NCBI RefSeq assembly: GCF_009914755.1 | Contig: NC_060944.1 | Length of the DNA: 64,000 nucleotides | Origin: the human T2T-CHM13v2.0 reference genome, Homo sapiens | Reading direction: 5' to 3' (one strand) | Part shown: positions 1-23,479 of the stretch, piece after piece | How the letters are laid out: each line of letters opens with the position of its first letter | How positions within the stretch are numbered: position 1 is the first letter of the stretch | Notes under the pieces: model-generated | Seen by the model: only the letters and a program-made list of their open reading frames with translations | Told to the model about the DNA's origin: nothing | Database searches by the model: none | Translations under genes and position numbers: made by a program

Positions 1-130
1 CGAAAACGAGTACTAGTACTAACACACTAATCAATTTGAGATGACTTCCCCCTCATTCCCAAAGCTAGAGGAGGAAGGGGGCTGAAAGGGGCTCAGAGCA
101 GTGGAAGGTCCCAGGCCCAGCTGGGGTTGG

Positions 131-133
<3 letters not shown>

Positions 134-179
<46 letters not shown>
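134..179. repeat. (GT)23 microsatellite upstream of PAX1
   Basis: Perfect GT dinucleotide run 134-179, read directly. Confidence 0.98.
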
Positions 180-9496
<9,317 letters not shown>

Positions 9497-9529
9497 ACTG
9501 CCGTACCCTCCTCACAATCCTTGCTCTGA

Positions 9530-9910
9530 CGTGGCCTCCTTCGCTCTGCCAGCTTCAAATTTCTTTTTTGTCACTCCCTTGTCCGTCTCCGTCTCGCCTC
9601 TCTCCCTGTTTCCTTCCCCCCTCTTTCTTTCTCACTCTCCCTCCCTTCCCTTTCTCTTTCCCTTCCTCCCTACCTTCCACCCCGGCTTTCCCCGACCTTC
9701 CAGGGCTCCCTCTGCCCTTCCACTCTCTTTTCCTTGCTCCGACCTCTGCTCCAGTCCCGCTTCTTCCCCCGTCTCCTCTTTCTAGTCCTCTATATGCTAT
9801 CAGCCCTTTTTCCTGGTCCATCCCTGTCGTTCCTTCTCTCTCTGTCTCTGGTTCTACTGTCAAGGGCCCTAGTTCCCTTTGTTTTACTGCTTCCCCAACC
9901 CTCCCTCAGT
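9530..9910 (+). repeat. Polypyrimidine (C/T) low-complexity tract in the PAX1 3' UTR
   Basis: About 380 bp that are almost entirely C/T on the + strand. Confidence 0.85.
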
Positions 9911-10650
9911 CCCTGAGAGCCCTAGAGCCATCTCGGTGACAGTCCCTTCTCTGGCACCTGGGACTTTGTAGCCTTCACTCCTCTGAGCCCACCAGCCCTA
10001 ATGGAGGGGGGCTCAAACCTAGGAAGTGGACAGAAAAGCCACAGCCTTTATTTTGTATTTTTTTTGTAATAACAAACCCTAAAAAACCCTCCATGAACTG
10101 TCCTCTCCCGTCGATCCCCGCAGCATATTGTCTGGAAATCTGTTTTCTTTCTCAGAGCCCAGTGGCCGCCGGGCTTCTCTTCCCTTCTGAGATGATGTCA
10201 CCCCAAAGAAGACTGGGGTAGGAGTAGGGAGCACAGGGGTTGTTGGTGTTTTCAGTGCTTAGAAAACTGGGTTGTCCTGCAGGTGTCTCCTCCCACCCCT
10301 CCACTCGCAACACTTGCTAGGGAATCCGACCAGTGGTAAACACATCAGCACTTTTTGGTGTTCAGGGGTCAGCACATTTGTTAATTTAAACCACAGACTG
10401 CTTCCAGGTACAAAGGTTCATTTGGACTTCTGGTTTGCAAGGGATGAGGGTTAAAAAAAACAAAACAAAACAAACAACAACAACAACAAAAACAACCCAG
10501 AAAGTATCTTCTAGAGCCAGCCGCAAGAGCTGTGAGCTGCTTCCAAGTTAGGCGAGCTGGTGGTGGTACCCTGGACATAATGCAATTCTGTAGTCAGAGC
10601 AATATCCCTGGCGAGAGCCTGACATCGCCTGTTAAAGGTGGCTGCCTCTG

Positions 10651-10656
10651 AATAAA
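10651..10656 (+). terminator. Candidate proximal poly(A) signal of PAX1
   Basis: AATAAA followed ~16-27 nt later by a GU-rich element (ggtgtgtggtg). Confidence 0.6.
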
Positions 10657-13154
10657 GGAAAGCGTCTGAAAGGTGTGTGGTGAGGTGAGCAAGTCTGTTT
10701 CTGAGCGCAGAGTGTTGAGTTCTTACTCCGTAGCTACCCTCTCCCCTGAGTTCCTAGGATGAACACTATCAAGGGAAATTATGCAGAAACCACCTTGAAA
10801 TGCAGTTAATTCTGAAAAGAGTAAAATGGGCAAAAGGCAATGAGCCAGAATGGAGGATTTCTTCAGAACATTTCTAGTATTCTAAAAGCTAAAGAAGACA
10901 ATCCCAGGCTACCAAGTAATCTAGGGGGTTTGCACTACAAAGGGGCTTCCGGCTAATTGTTTTTTTTTCCTGCCTCTGTTTGACCTTCTAAAACTGATGG
11001 AAGAGATTTTTGAATTGAAGTTGCTGTTTGTGAGTGGAGCTGCCTGCTTGGTGTGTGCACTGGTCCCACCTAGGGGACTAGTGGTAAACAGTTTTTGTTT
11101 CAACTCTTTTTGATAGTATCTGTTGAAGGTATCAATTATAAAAAAGTACTTACTTTTTTCCTAGAGAGACTCTTCTTCTCAGATTCAAAGTCTCTTGTCT
11201 TTTTTTTTTTTTTTTTTTAAAGTTTCACTTTGTAGACAGTGTTAGTGATGGCTAGGGATTTGATTTATTTTCTTTAGACCACATAGCAAGGTATGAATTA
11301 GAGGGCTTGTGCTTGGAAACTGGGTGACACTATCTCATCAGAGAGGCAGGATTGAGACTTGGACTTTGAGACTGAAGTCCTCAGCCTTCCATGGCAGCAT
11401 ATCCTGTAGAAGAGCTTGTCATACTGATAATAGGAAAAAAGTATGACAGAGAAGCATGTTCCCAAGTCCCCCATCCTCTCAGCCTGTCTCCTTGTGCTTA
11501 GATGAGCATTGCATGCTCAGTGGTGACATCCTGGACAGAATTTTCATGCACCCATTTGTGCTGCCTGGAGAAGGACTGGCTTGCTCAGGCCAGGAGGAAG
11601 ACATCACATCCCTTTCTGAAGGAATGAGAAGAATCTATATGACAACTTCTACCTTTGAGTTGTCACCATCCCCATTTCCCTGCTATGGCCCACTTCTGTG
11701 TTTGAGCTGATCAGGGTTATGGGGGAGAAGAGCTGGGAAATGCGCCCCAGGGTGGATGCAAAGCACCTGTGTTTTAAGTGCCACCTGCAAAGGGAGGCAT
11801 TTTTCAAATCTGCCTCTTGTTCCCTGTATCCTGTGGCTGGAGGCGGGTCTTTGAGTTCCCTGGCTCTGGGGCGAGCATTCACTGAGGATAGGCAGCCTTC
11901 GTCCCAGAGCCAGCAGGCTCTGACATTTCATGTGGGGTGTGGAGGGACATACCCCCTCTCTCGCGGCTGGGGGTCACGGAACATCTTAGTGAACTTGGCT
12001 TAAATCTCTGCTCCACTGTATGTGTCAGGGGACTGGGACCTCTTGGAACCTGTCTGTGAAATGTAGCCTTCAATGCAGTAACGCGCACGGTGACCTGGCC
12101 TGTAGGAAGACTGCCACTGGTGTGGCCTCACCTCTCTGGAGACAATTTTGCTTATCTGTTAACAAAAGTTAGAGGAATCACTTGTAAGGTTGGTGGGAGA
12201 CCCAGAATTTAAATATTTTCCAAAAGATCCCATTGGAATATTGCACTTTTGCTCTTTGTTCGTATGGATCTGTGGAGGAACTGAGAGCTCATAATAAAAT
12301 TATGCAGCACCACGTCAGGTAGAATAATTTGAGAAACAATCACTCCCTAAACGCAGTTTGTCTTTGCCTTTCATTTTTTTAATTTAAGAATAAGTTTTTT
12401 TTAGAAAAATATAGAGATGTAACCCAAAGAAAATAAAGACATAATCAGATAGCCCTCTGATTTTTTGAAAGAATAGAAATAATATATGCGTATCACTAAA
12501 AAACTCAAGCAGTACAGAAACATTAAAATGAAAAGTGGAAGTTCTTCCTGCTCTCATTTTTGTTCTTAAAGGTGAATGCTGTTATAGTCTTTTGTGAATC
12601 TTTCCAGGAAAAACATGCATGCGGGAAAATATGTTTCTGTCTATGTGTTATTTGAAAGTGCACACTAATGAGTTGTGCTGTGCACACACAGACATGAGCT
12701 GAAGATCTGCTCTTTGCGTACCACCAGCTTCAGCTCCAATGTACCCACTTTATTCTCGTGAATGGATGTCTATTACCGAGGATTTATTAAAAACAGGGTA
12801 TTTGTAAAGAGGGCCAGCTTCGTGCTTTAAATGAATAAAGACAGGATTTTGTTGTGTTCATTATTGGAGGAAGTACTTGCAATGGATTGTAATAACTTCC
12901 CTGCCAAAGGTAGCTGTTTTTTGGCAAGAAGTAAGGAAAACAAACCAAAGGAAAGGAGGATTGAGGGGCAAGAGGCATGAAGTTTTGCCCTTCTTGAATA
13001 TGCCCCGAGTTGTTCTACAGATCACTGAAGGGCATTTGAAGGTGTGAGGGGAAGGCTTCCTCTCCTTTGGAGGGAGTCAGTCTCTCTGGGCCAGGAAAGA
13101 GACATGGAGGCAGAGGGGTGCGGGAAAACCTTGTGTGAAGAAATACTGGCTACA

Positions 13155-13160
13155 AATAAA
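13155..13160 (+). terminator. Candidate distal poly(A) signal of PAX1
   Basis: AATAAA with a downstream U-rich tract; position fits a recalled PAX1 gene span of about 12.8 kb. Confidence 0.55.
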
Positions 13161-14488
13161 GTTTAGATTTTCAATACTGGCACAAGCATTTTTTTAAACC
13201 TATCCCAAATTCAATTTACTAAAATCCACGTGGAATTAACCTCCTGACGAGTGAACCCCACTCACTGACAACAGTATTTCTGCCATTTGTGTGTTTCTGG
13301 TAAGAAGGATGGAATTTATTTAATTGAACTGTGGTTTCGGTAAAGCACACTGTAGATTTCCTGGCATCAGCTTCCCTAGCTAGGATTACATTGGCCTGGG
13401 TTTCTTTTCAAAAGAAACTCTACCTGCCCCATGTAATGCTGGATGATATGAATTTAGAATCTTGCTAGAATGTGCCTGAGGAACTCAGTTGAAAGGACTG
13501 TGCATCCAGACAGGCTATATAATAAGAAACATTTGAATCCCTTCTTTTAATGGGCAAGATTTATGCACAAAGTGGTATTTGGTTTTCACCTTGACCTTGC
13601 TGTCTGAACCATAGCCTTACTCACTGAAGAAATGTCCTATGGTTGAGATATTTCTAGCCAAACGTTTGTATCTCAACCTTAAATTTTTTTTTCGTTTTTT
13701 TTTTTTTTTTTTTTTTTAACAGAACAAGGAAGAATCACACTGTCTTCTTTTTCAAGGCCATAAAATGAGAACCACACATTTAGCCCCAGTCCAACTTGGG
13801 AATTCTAAACACTTGGAACAATTATACTCAGTTTAGTCTAGTCCTTTCTTTGGAGTTGAAACCAGTTGAAACTCCTGCTGCACTCTAAAGAGCTCTTGTC
13901 CAGGAGATGCAGCCTGTGATTCTTGTTGGAACACACATCTGTTTCTGGCTGGCCAAATCCAAAAGTGGAATCCCAATTGCAGTTTTCATGGGTGGCAGAA
14001 TTTCAACTTCATTATAATGTAACCACCTGGGTTGCCTTCACTTTTCTTTTTCTTCTTAAGGATGAAATAGGCAGATAAGTATTCATTCAGCTATTAAATT
14101 ACATTTCCATCCTGTAACGTCTTATTTCCTTTTTCTCTGGTGAAATATATTGACTTGATGGATTATCTGCAGTGTCATTTCTTATATAGACCTCACAATT
14201 TTAACTTTCAGAGTTTCTTCCAGTCATTTGCGGATGTGGTTTTAGCTTTGTAAGATTTTATTTTACCCCAAACAACAAACAGCAAAACAAAAATTACTAG
14301 ATGGTTTTGATTTAACAACAATCTCTTGGATGAAAAGTAAGCAAGATATTTAAATGAATGGAAAGAAATTGACTTCTTAAAAAATTGAATTGGAGCCTGA
14401 AACTTGTGAAACATAAAAAATAAAATGCTTCTCTGGCAAACAAGTTGTAATATGATTAGCTTGAACCGGGAAGCTGAAAGTATTATTC

Positions 14489-14507
14489 TGGCCACCAGGG
14501 GGAGCAC
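14489..14507 (+). promoter_or_regulatory. CTCF-binding motif, forward orientation
   Basis: TGGCCACCAGGGGGAGCAC versus consensus TGGCCACCAGGGGGCGCTA, sitting in an otherwise AT-rich unique context. Confidence 0.75.
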
Positions 14508-14846
14508 ATATTGTTCCAGGAGATGAAGACAAGCATGAAGATAAATAATACAATGTAAAAGATTTGTCGTTTTGTTAAAGTGGCGACTTTCCTGTTGTGA
14601 AGGTCTACTTAGAAGAGAAGGGCTCTTGCTGTTGTTGTTGTTATTATTATTATTGTTAGCCAGATGCTCGCACATGTGGTAAAAAATGGACTTTCTAGGC
14701 TCATCAACACATGACTTAGCAAACAAGTTAGCTTAGACATCAATAGCACCTTGAAAATAAGTTTCACTTCCAACTTTGACTCTAATATATACATAGATTG
14801 AAGTCTTTGAGTTTAAAATAAACATATGTGAATTTTAAAAGCAACT

Positions 14847-15178
<332 letters not shown>

Positions 15179-15589
15179 CTAAACTGATATTTTTGGGAAA
15201 TAAAATCAATTTCATTTATATTTGTGAAATTTTAATTTTTTTGGTTCATTTGAGTTTGTCTCTCATTTTAAGCAACTTATCTATATTTAGTGATCTTTTT
15301 GAAAGTTTTAATCATTTAAAGTGACAATACAATATTTCTCTGTAAGGACCAACGTATTACAGAGGCAACAAACAGCAAGGAAAATGATTATCTTCTCACT
15401 CTCTATTTATTTTAGGATAAAATCCAGAAAGATTACCATGGGTGAGGCAACGATAATTTATTTCTTAGATTTAAAAAAAGGAGCCTCTCTTACCATCTGT
15501 AATGTGGTCGTTTGCACATATTTAACTCAGAATACCAGCTGTGGAACATCTTTATGCAGGAAGCAGTTTAGGAAAGGATAGGGGATGTG

Positions 15590-15815
15590 TAGCTAAAAGT
15601 TGGCAGAGCTATCTGGTTCAAAGTCTCAGTTTTACCACTTACCAGTTGTGTTGCTTTGGGTAAATTTAGGCAAAACCTTTCAGCCTTAGTTTCCTCATCC
15701 GTTTAATGGAAATTATACCTCTCTCCCTGGGCTGCTGTGAGAACTAAATGTAATAATATACATAAAGAGTAGGGACTTGCTTTGGGTCACAGTCAGCTTT
15801 TATTAGTGTTATTAT
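15590..15815 (+). mobile_element. MIR SINE
   Basis: Core ccttagtttcctcatccgtttaatgga...gctgtgagaactaaatgtaata. Confidence 0.7.
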
Positions 15816-15898
15816 TGTTGCTGTTTTCTTCTTTTTCTTTGTACATCAACGTTTTATGGTGAATTAAATCGTGTTTTAACCTTGTAGACCACATTGGC

Positions 15899-16715
15899 TA
15901 TTACATATATATATATAATATATATGTAATATATATATGTAATGTATATTATATATGTAATGTATATAATATATGTAATGTATATAATATATATGTAATA
16001 CATATATATTATATATGTATATAATACATATATATGTATATATATGTATGTATATATATATGTATATATGTATATATATATGTATATAATACATATATAT
16101 ACATATATATTATATATGTAATACATATATAATATATATGTAATGTATATATATGTAATGTATATAATATATATGTAATACATATATAATATATATGTAA
16201 TGTATATAATATATATGTAATACATATATAATATATATGTAATGTATATTATATATGTAATGTATATAATATGTATGTAATACATATATTATATATGTAA
16301 TGTATATTATATATGTATTACATATATGTATTACATATATAACATATATGTATTACATATATGTATTACATATATAACATATATGTATTACATATATGTA
16401 TTACATATATAACATATATGTATTACATATATGTATTACATATATAACATATATGTATTACATATATGTATTACATATATAACATATATGTATTACATAT
16501 ATGTATTACATATATAACATATATGTATTACATATATGTATTACATATATAACATATATGTATTACATATATGTATTACATATATAACATATATGTATTA
16601 CATATATGTAATACATATATAACATGTATTACATATATGTATTACATATATAACATGTATTACATATATGTAATACACATATAATATATATGTTATATAT
16701 ATATATATATATATA
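15899..16715. repeat. AT-rich minisatellite / (TA)-derived tandem array including a 35-bp unit
   Basis: About 8 near-perfect copies of catatatgtattacatatatgtattacatatataa at 16308-16622; tatatgtaat(g/a) variants to the left. Confidence 0.95.
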
Positions 16716-16735
16716 AAATTTTTTAAAAAATTGTT

Positions 16736-17034
16736 TCTTGAGATAGGGTCTCACTCTGTCACCCAGGCTGGAGTATAATGGTTTGATCATAGTTCACTGC
16801 AGCCTTGAACTTCTAGACTCAGGTGATCCTCCCACCTCAACCTCCTGAGTAGCTACAACTACAGCCATGCACCACCACACCTGGCTAATTTTTTAATTTT
16901 TAATTTTTTGTAGAGATGCAGTCTTGCTATGTTGCCCAGGCTGGTTTTGAACTCCTGGGCTCAAGCCATCCTCCCACCTTGACCTCAGCCTCCCAAAGTG
17001 TTAGGATTACAGGCATGAGCCACCGCACCTGGCC
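16736..17034 (-). mobile_element. Alu SINE (AluJ-like)
   Basis: Reverse-complement Alu ending ...gagccaccgcacctggcc. Confidence 0.95.
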
Positions 17035-19289
17035 TTGGCTATATATTAGATTCATTGATGATCCAGAGCCCATCAAGACTGCTAACGCAAGTCTCTGAAT
17101 TTACTGGAGCACTCGACAGCATCAGAGGGAAGAGCCACCATCACCTACTAATCATATCTGATGGCCCTGGGACATTCACCAAGACCTTAAGACTACTTGA
17201 TGATTTCATGGCTAGACCTGTGAGGATTAACAGCCAGCAGGTTACTGCCATTACTGCATTGAAGCAGAGTTTGTGTAGCAAGTCCACTTAGATCAATTTT
17301 ATGTGATCATGCTTTGTGTCATGTCTACAGATCCAGAACTGGTGTGCAGAGACCTCGTCCTGCTTGGAAAACGCATTCACCTCCAGGGGGCTGAAAAGCC
17401 TGTTGCATCTGCTGCTGACTTTAGTGCAATGATTATGGGCAGCCATGTTGGGCTTCAGTTTGTGTCTCTTTGATGAGTAAATGACTTTCGTTAAGGCAAA
17501 GCTACGTATTCTAGCTGCTACTGGAGACAACACAAGATAGCACAAAAGCCTTTAACTCATCATCTTCAGGAAGAGTTACATTTCAAATCTTCCCTCTTTG
17601 AAAGATCCTATCAGATTTTTATGGCCATTGAGAGAGGAAACGTCCTGTCCTTCTCAGATGTCATTTGAAATTCAAAATGTAGGTAAGAGCTTCATATATT
17701 GCTGAACTTTAACTAGAGGAAATCCTCAAATTCTCAAAGCCTTCCAAGGCACACACACCAAATTAGTGACAAAAGATGACTTAAAAGGTAGCAGTAGAAT
17801 TTACTGTTACAGTAACATTCACAAGCATTCATCAGGCCTTCTTACTTAACAGTGCGTCTTAGTTTTAGAGTGTCCACGAGTTTGTTCCAGATGTCTACAG
17901 CCCTATTAGTCATCTGTGAAGGGTGCATGCTAATTCAATATGGCAGCTGGGTTCTGATTCCAAATTTTTGGAGTTTGTTCTCACAACCCGGATGCTTGCA
18001 AAAGTAAACAAAGACATTAAAAGATTTATGAAGAGACTCTGTCACACATTTTGAAGTGCAAAGTGTAAATGAATTTTTACAAGCATATGGATTTCATTTC
18101 TCTGATAATATGCATGAATTTAAAAATTAAAAGAAAATGTGCTGGCTACAATATGTTTTACGTTCTTGTTGAAACTTTGAAAATAATCAAAGGTGCCTAA
18201 CATATTCAAAACCGCACAGACTCCTCTATCCTATGATGTCATTTGAACCATCAGATAGTGATTAATATTACCCCAAAAGGATGCTTTTCTGAAAGAAGCT
18301 CCAGAGAGGCACTTGCAATTTGAATTTCTATTTTTAAGCACATTCCACAGCTTATGGCCAGTCTCATTTCTTCCTGTATAAACTTCCAGGTTGCTATGCT
18401 CAGCACACTATCACTCTCTTAAATTTGGATAACACCATAGTCAAGTCTAACAGTTGAGGCTTCATGATAATATTTACATTGAGGCATAAGAGGACTGAGA
18501 GAGGAAAAAAGTGCAGGGAAAGCATGTTCAGCTCCTCGTGGTCACATGGAATGGATTCTGTCGAGAACGTAAAATAACATTTGTATCTGAGTGGTGCTTG
18601 GAATCAATTAAGATCTACCAGTTCAGTCAAGAATGCAGCCAACATTTTATTTTTAATTGTCTTGATAACATAGCCTTAGAGAATTATTCAGGTTACACTA
18701 GGCTCAGCATCAGAAGGAATTTTGGCTGCAAGAATTTCATTTTGTTTAGTTAAATAAAAACAAATTAGCATAGATTTTTTTTTTCTTGCAATTTCCATTT
18801 TTAGCTGTGATGTTACAATCGGTAATGGTGGTAAGTATTGGTCCGGTAAAACGTTTATTTTGAGAGTTTAATATAAATGAAAATAATAAATGGTCTAGTT
18901 CACTTCCATCTGTTTTTATCCATGTAGAGCTTTTAAACTTGTGATTCCCTTGGATAAAAATAAATTTCTCATACCCTCACATGTGTAAAGTATTCAAAAG
19001 AAGTATTATGGCTTACAAAAGAGAGAATAGTAGGAGAAAAAAGTTAAAGGCTTGAAAGAGCCATATTTTTTATGAAACTCTCTTGTATAGGTATAAATGT
19101 GGAGTCCCTTGTTTTCCCCAAACTTTTCTGGAAAGAAAGATGTGACATTGACGGCATCCAGTGCGAAGGCTACAGTTTTAAAAGTCAGAGTACAGGAAAG
19201 CCAGCTGCACAAATGGAGGCTGTCATCTTCTGATATTAAATTTGCTTTTATGAAGTATGTAGGCTTTCTCTACCTCCAATGATAAAGGC

Positions 19290-19505
19290 TAATATTTATT
19301 ACACTCTTACTAGGTACCATGTATGTTTCAAAATATGAACACTTTCTAATTCAGTCCTTGCAGACTTCAGGGGAAGTACTGTTTCTATCCCTGCATCCCA
19401 GATGAAGAAATTGAGGTAACATAACCTGACTGAGGTTACCCACCTAATAATGGCAGGGCCAAAACTTGAACTTACACAGTTTGGCCTCAGAGCCCTGCTT
19501 AATCC
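19290..19505 (-). mobile_element. MIR SINE
   Basis: cagatgaagaaattgaggt...gaggttacccac...cttgaact core. Confidence 0.65.
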
Positions 19506-19694
19506 CTGCAAAACCAGGAGATACTTGTAAGTCCTTCAGTGGCTCTTCTCTCCCTGCCCACAAGTGAAGAGTCTACCCTTGAGATCTTACTTGTTTCTGA
19601 TGTCTGTATAATGTCACAATTGGAGAGTCTCTACATTTGCAATAGCCTCCAATGCAATGCAGAGTTATTTGTATATGACATTTGCAACATTACT

Positions 19695-20238
19695 GTATAT
19701 ATATCAGCCATCTATTGCTGTGTAACAAACCATACCAACATGTGGTAGCTTAAAGCAACAACAATTTATTATTTATCATGATTCTGTGTGTTGGCTGGGT
19801 GGTTCCTTAGCGGGTTTCCCCTGGGCTCACTCATGCAGCTTCCTTCAGCTGGAGGTTGGCTGGGCTGGAAGGCCCAAAGTGACCTCACTTACGTGGCTGG
19901 CCGTGGCTGCTGACTGTTGACTGGGGCTCTCAGCTCTGCTCTGCATGGCTTCTTTTCATCCAGGAAGCTAGACCAACTTTCTTACCTAGCAGTCCCAGGG
20001 CAGCAGTCTAAGAGGGTGACAGTGGAAGCCGCAAGGTCTCTTAAGAGCCAGCCTTGAAAGTTGGATAATATCACTTCTACAGCATTCTAATGGTCAAAGC
20101 AAATCACCAGGCCAACCCAGATTCAAGAGATGATAAAGTAGACTCTACCTCTTTATGGAAGAACAGCAAAGTCACATTACAAAGGGGCATGCATACCTGG
20201 ATGGGAGAAACTTATGGCCAAGTTAGGCGATCTACCAG
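19695..20238. mobile_element. MaLR solo LTR (old MLT1 family)
   Basis: ctattgctgtgtaacaaaccataccaac...gcttaaagcaacaacaatttatt and gtcacattacaaaggggcatg motifs typical of MLT1. Confidence 0.7.
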
Positions 20239-21219
20239 AGTAGACACCACTAAAAAGATAAATAATTGATATTAAAAGGGTTTTTCAATTTCTAAAATAT
20301 TATAAAATATAGTTTTTGCAACATCATATTTACAATGTTATTTTTAATGGTTGGAAGTCACTTCTGCATCTTATTTCAGGGTTCTCATTAAAAGCACTGG
20401 CTATCACTGTGCTAAACAAACATTAGGTATGAAATTGGGGGATCCTCTGAATTCTTATCAAATGAGATATGAGTGAGAAAAACAAATAAATGTCTTTTGA
20501 AAACTTCAGTCCAGTTGTCTGCATCCTGAAGGGACTGTGGGAAGTATGAAAAGGTAAATATGTTTGATATTTTATTTTGATGTTTATATGCAGAAAGTAA
20601 ACTGGAAAACTGAAGAAGTTATATATATACATGGAACATATTTAAAATATATATATTTTTTTCCTGATTTTGGCTTAAATCATGCAGATGGTTCAATTCT
20701 TGTTTTTAGCTTTGTTTTGGGTCTGTAGGCAGCCACAAAAGCAGATAAGTAACACAGTGTTATGAACAGGTCATTTTGATTCTACTGTTTTTGGTAGGAT
20801 CAAAGGCAGAAGGTTAATCTAATGCAAATGCTTGTAACTGTCGGCTTTTAAACTCTGTTGGGTGAGGGCAAGGTTTAAGTAAGCACCTGAAATGCTGGCC
20901 ACTTACATGGAACCTGAACACTTGGGATTTTGAGATGCAATTGCCCAATCCTTAATGTTCTATGCAAAAAAAAAAAATTTTTTTTAACTGAAGCTTGGCA
21001 TTCAGTTTAGAACTAGGAAAACAACCTGCTGTTTATACAGAGGAGAAAAAAATTCCTTGCCTTTATATGAAAACAGAGTAGCTCCACCTCCTTCAGCCCT
21101 GAAATGCAGGCATACAAGTTCAGTGGCATTCAGGAGCTTTGGCTCTTTTACAAGTACGAGGATCATCTTAAGAATGCATGACATGCAATACGACCAGGTG
21201 AGCCTCCCTACTGCCTTCC

Positions 21220-21663
21220 TGTCTTGGTCCATTTTCTGTTGCTTACAGTAGAATACTTGAAACTGGGTAATTTATGAAGAAAAACATTTATTTCTTACAG
21301 TTCATGGAGGCTGAGAAGTCCAAGATTGAGGGGTTGCATCTGTTATGTGCCTTCCTGCTGGTGGTGACTCTGTGGAGTCCGAGGTGGTGCAGGCCATCAC
21401 GTGGCAAAGGGCTGTCTGTGCTGGCTCTTGTCTCTCTTCCTCTTATAGAGCCTTTAGTCCTAATCTCCTGATAACTCATTAATCAATAACCCATTAATTC
21501 ATTAACTCATTAATCTTTTAATCCATGAATGGCTTAATCCATTCATGAAGGCAGAACCCTCATGACTGAATCACCTCTTAAAGGTCTGACCTCTCAATAT
21601 TGCCACATTGAGAATTAAGTTTCAACATGAGTTTTAGAGGGGGCAAATATTCAAACCATAGCA
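21220..21663. mobile_element. MaLR solo LTR (MST/MLT1A-like)
   Basis: TG...CA termini, ctgggtaatttat...ggaggctgagaagtccaag...caaaccatagca; near-match 5-bp flanks cttcc/ctttc. Confidence 0.8.
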
Positions 21664-22267
21664 CTTTCCAAATCCAGATTTTCACTTGTGTTTGTAGAAG
21701 GTGGGACCAGTCATCATGATGTCAGAACAACACGGAGGCCAAGAGTGAGGCTCTGAATTCAGACCCGAATCTGAGCCCTTGTTCTGCTGCTGACTGTCAG
21801 TGTTAATTGGGGAAGTTACTTGCTCTCCTTCAAGCCTCAAGTTCTGCATCTGTAAAATCGGTGAGCCATCCATGGGTGAACCATCGGTAAAATGGGTGAC
21901 TCCTTGACCCATGAGATTGCCATGAAGGTTTCCCTGTAAACACTCTTAGCCCAGGATCTTGGCCAGAGATCACTATTGGCAGTTATTATCTAATTATGGA
22001 ATTACACTTTGGGGTCTTCAAAGATAATAGATCTCAGATTTTAACTTCAAATATTGCCCCCAAATTGTTTGCAGAACTTTCAGCCTAATGACATCCTCAC
22101 ATTTTCCCCCGTCCTAATAGATCCACCTAATTCAGTTAAAAAGAATTCAATCACATCTTTTTAAGAACTAATCAAGTGAAAAACTCATGAAATATATTTT
22201 TGACTGACTTGACTAATCTAATTGGTAAAAGGAATTGATCTAGAAGGTTTGCTCTTTGTGTTCTGAG

Positions 22268-22420
22268 CAGGGTAGTTTCATGGGTGTGAGACCCCTGTGC
22301 AACCTCGTACTTAGTTTAATGCTTTGTTGTTACCCTCTTGACATTCTTAATACTTTTTGAGCAAGGGGCCCCACATTTTCTTTTCACACTGGGCCCTGCA
22401 AATTATGTTGCTGGTCCTGG
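22268..22420. mobile_element. hAT-type MITE (MER91-like)
   Basis: ggggccccacattttc...ctgggccctgcaaattatgttgctggtcctg resembles the recalled MER91 end. Confidence 0.55.
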
Positions 22421-23046
22421 TCCCAGGAAATACAGTTTACAAGGCAATAAAGGCCAAGATAGTCCTGGAGAAGACTGCACCAGGACACCTGGTTGGCTTG
22501 TGAAAATGAATGAGTTCAGAGTCTGCAAGAGGGAGGGCACAGACCTTTCTAAATGTCATAGTCGTTGATTTTTATCTTCTCCCTTGATAAATTAAGAGTT
22601 TTTTTAAACATTGACAAAACAAATAATAGTTTTTCCAATTTATAGACAACTTCATAATGTTCACTGAAATAGTTATAGACATCTTTTCCCTCTGGTGAAT
22701 ATTCATATAATCATGGAGGGACTGAGAATTTTGTATATATGATATTAGAAACTCTAAGTCACAAAGGAAAAGACTGAGACATTTGGCCTAATACAAACAA
22801 AAACTTCAGCTTATTTCAAAACATTATAAATAGCATTAGACAATAAAGAATACATCTAGGAATAGAATTGTAATGTATAGCAAAGCTTTAACAATTCATC
22901 TAAGAAGCTCTTACCAATCAGTAGGAGAAAGTGGTTGAGTGAAAATAATATGATTTATATAACAGTCACAAACTGCAAGTGAAAATGCCCAGTAAGCAAG
23001 AGAAACAAATGTCCACTTCAGTAGTGATCAAAGAAAGGCAAAATAA

Positions 23047-23479
<433 letters not shown>

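Noticed and set aside
15854-16285. Tyr/Ile-rich ORFs; also a CRISPR-like look of the 35-bp array
   Set aside because: Translation of a TA repeat. The units are head-to-tail with no unique spacers, and the DNA is eukaryotic.
17040-21200. Assigning published PAX1 distal enhancers to the repeat-poor blocks here
   Set aside because: Cannot be established from sequence alone, and I recall those elements lying further downstream.
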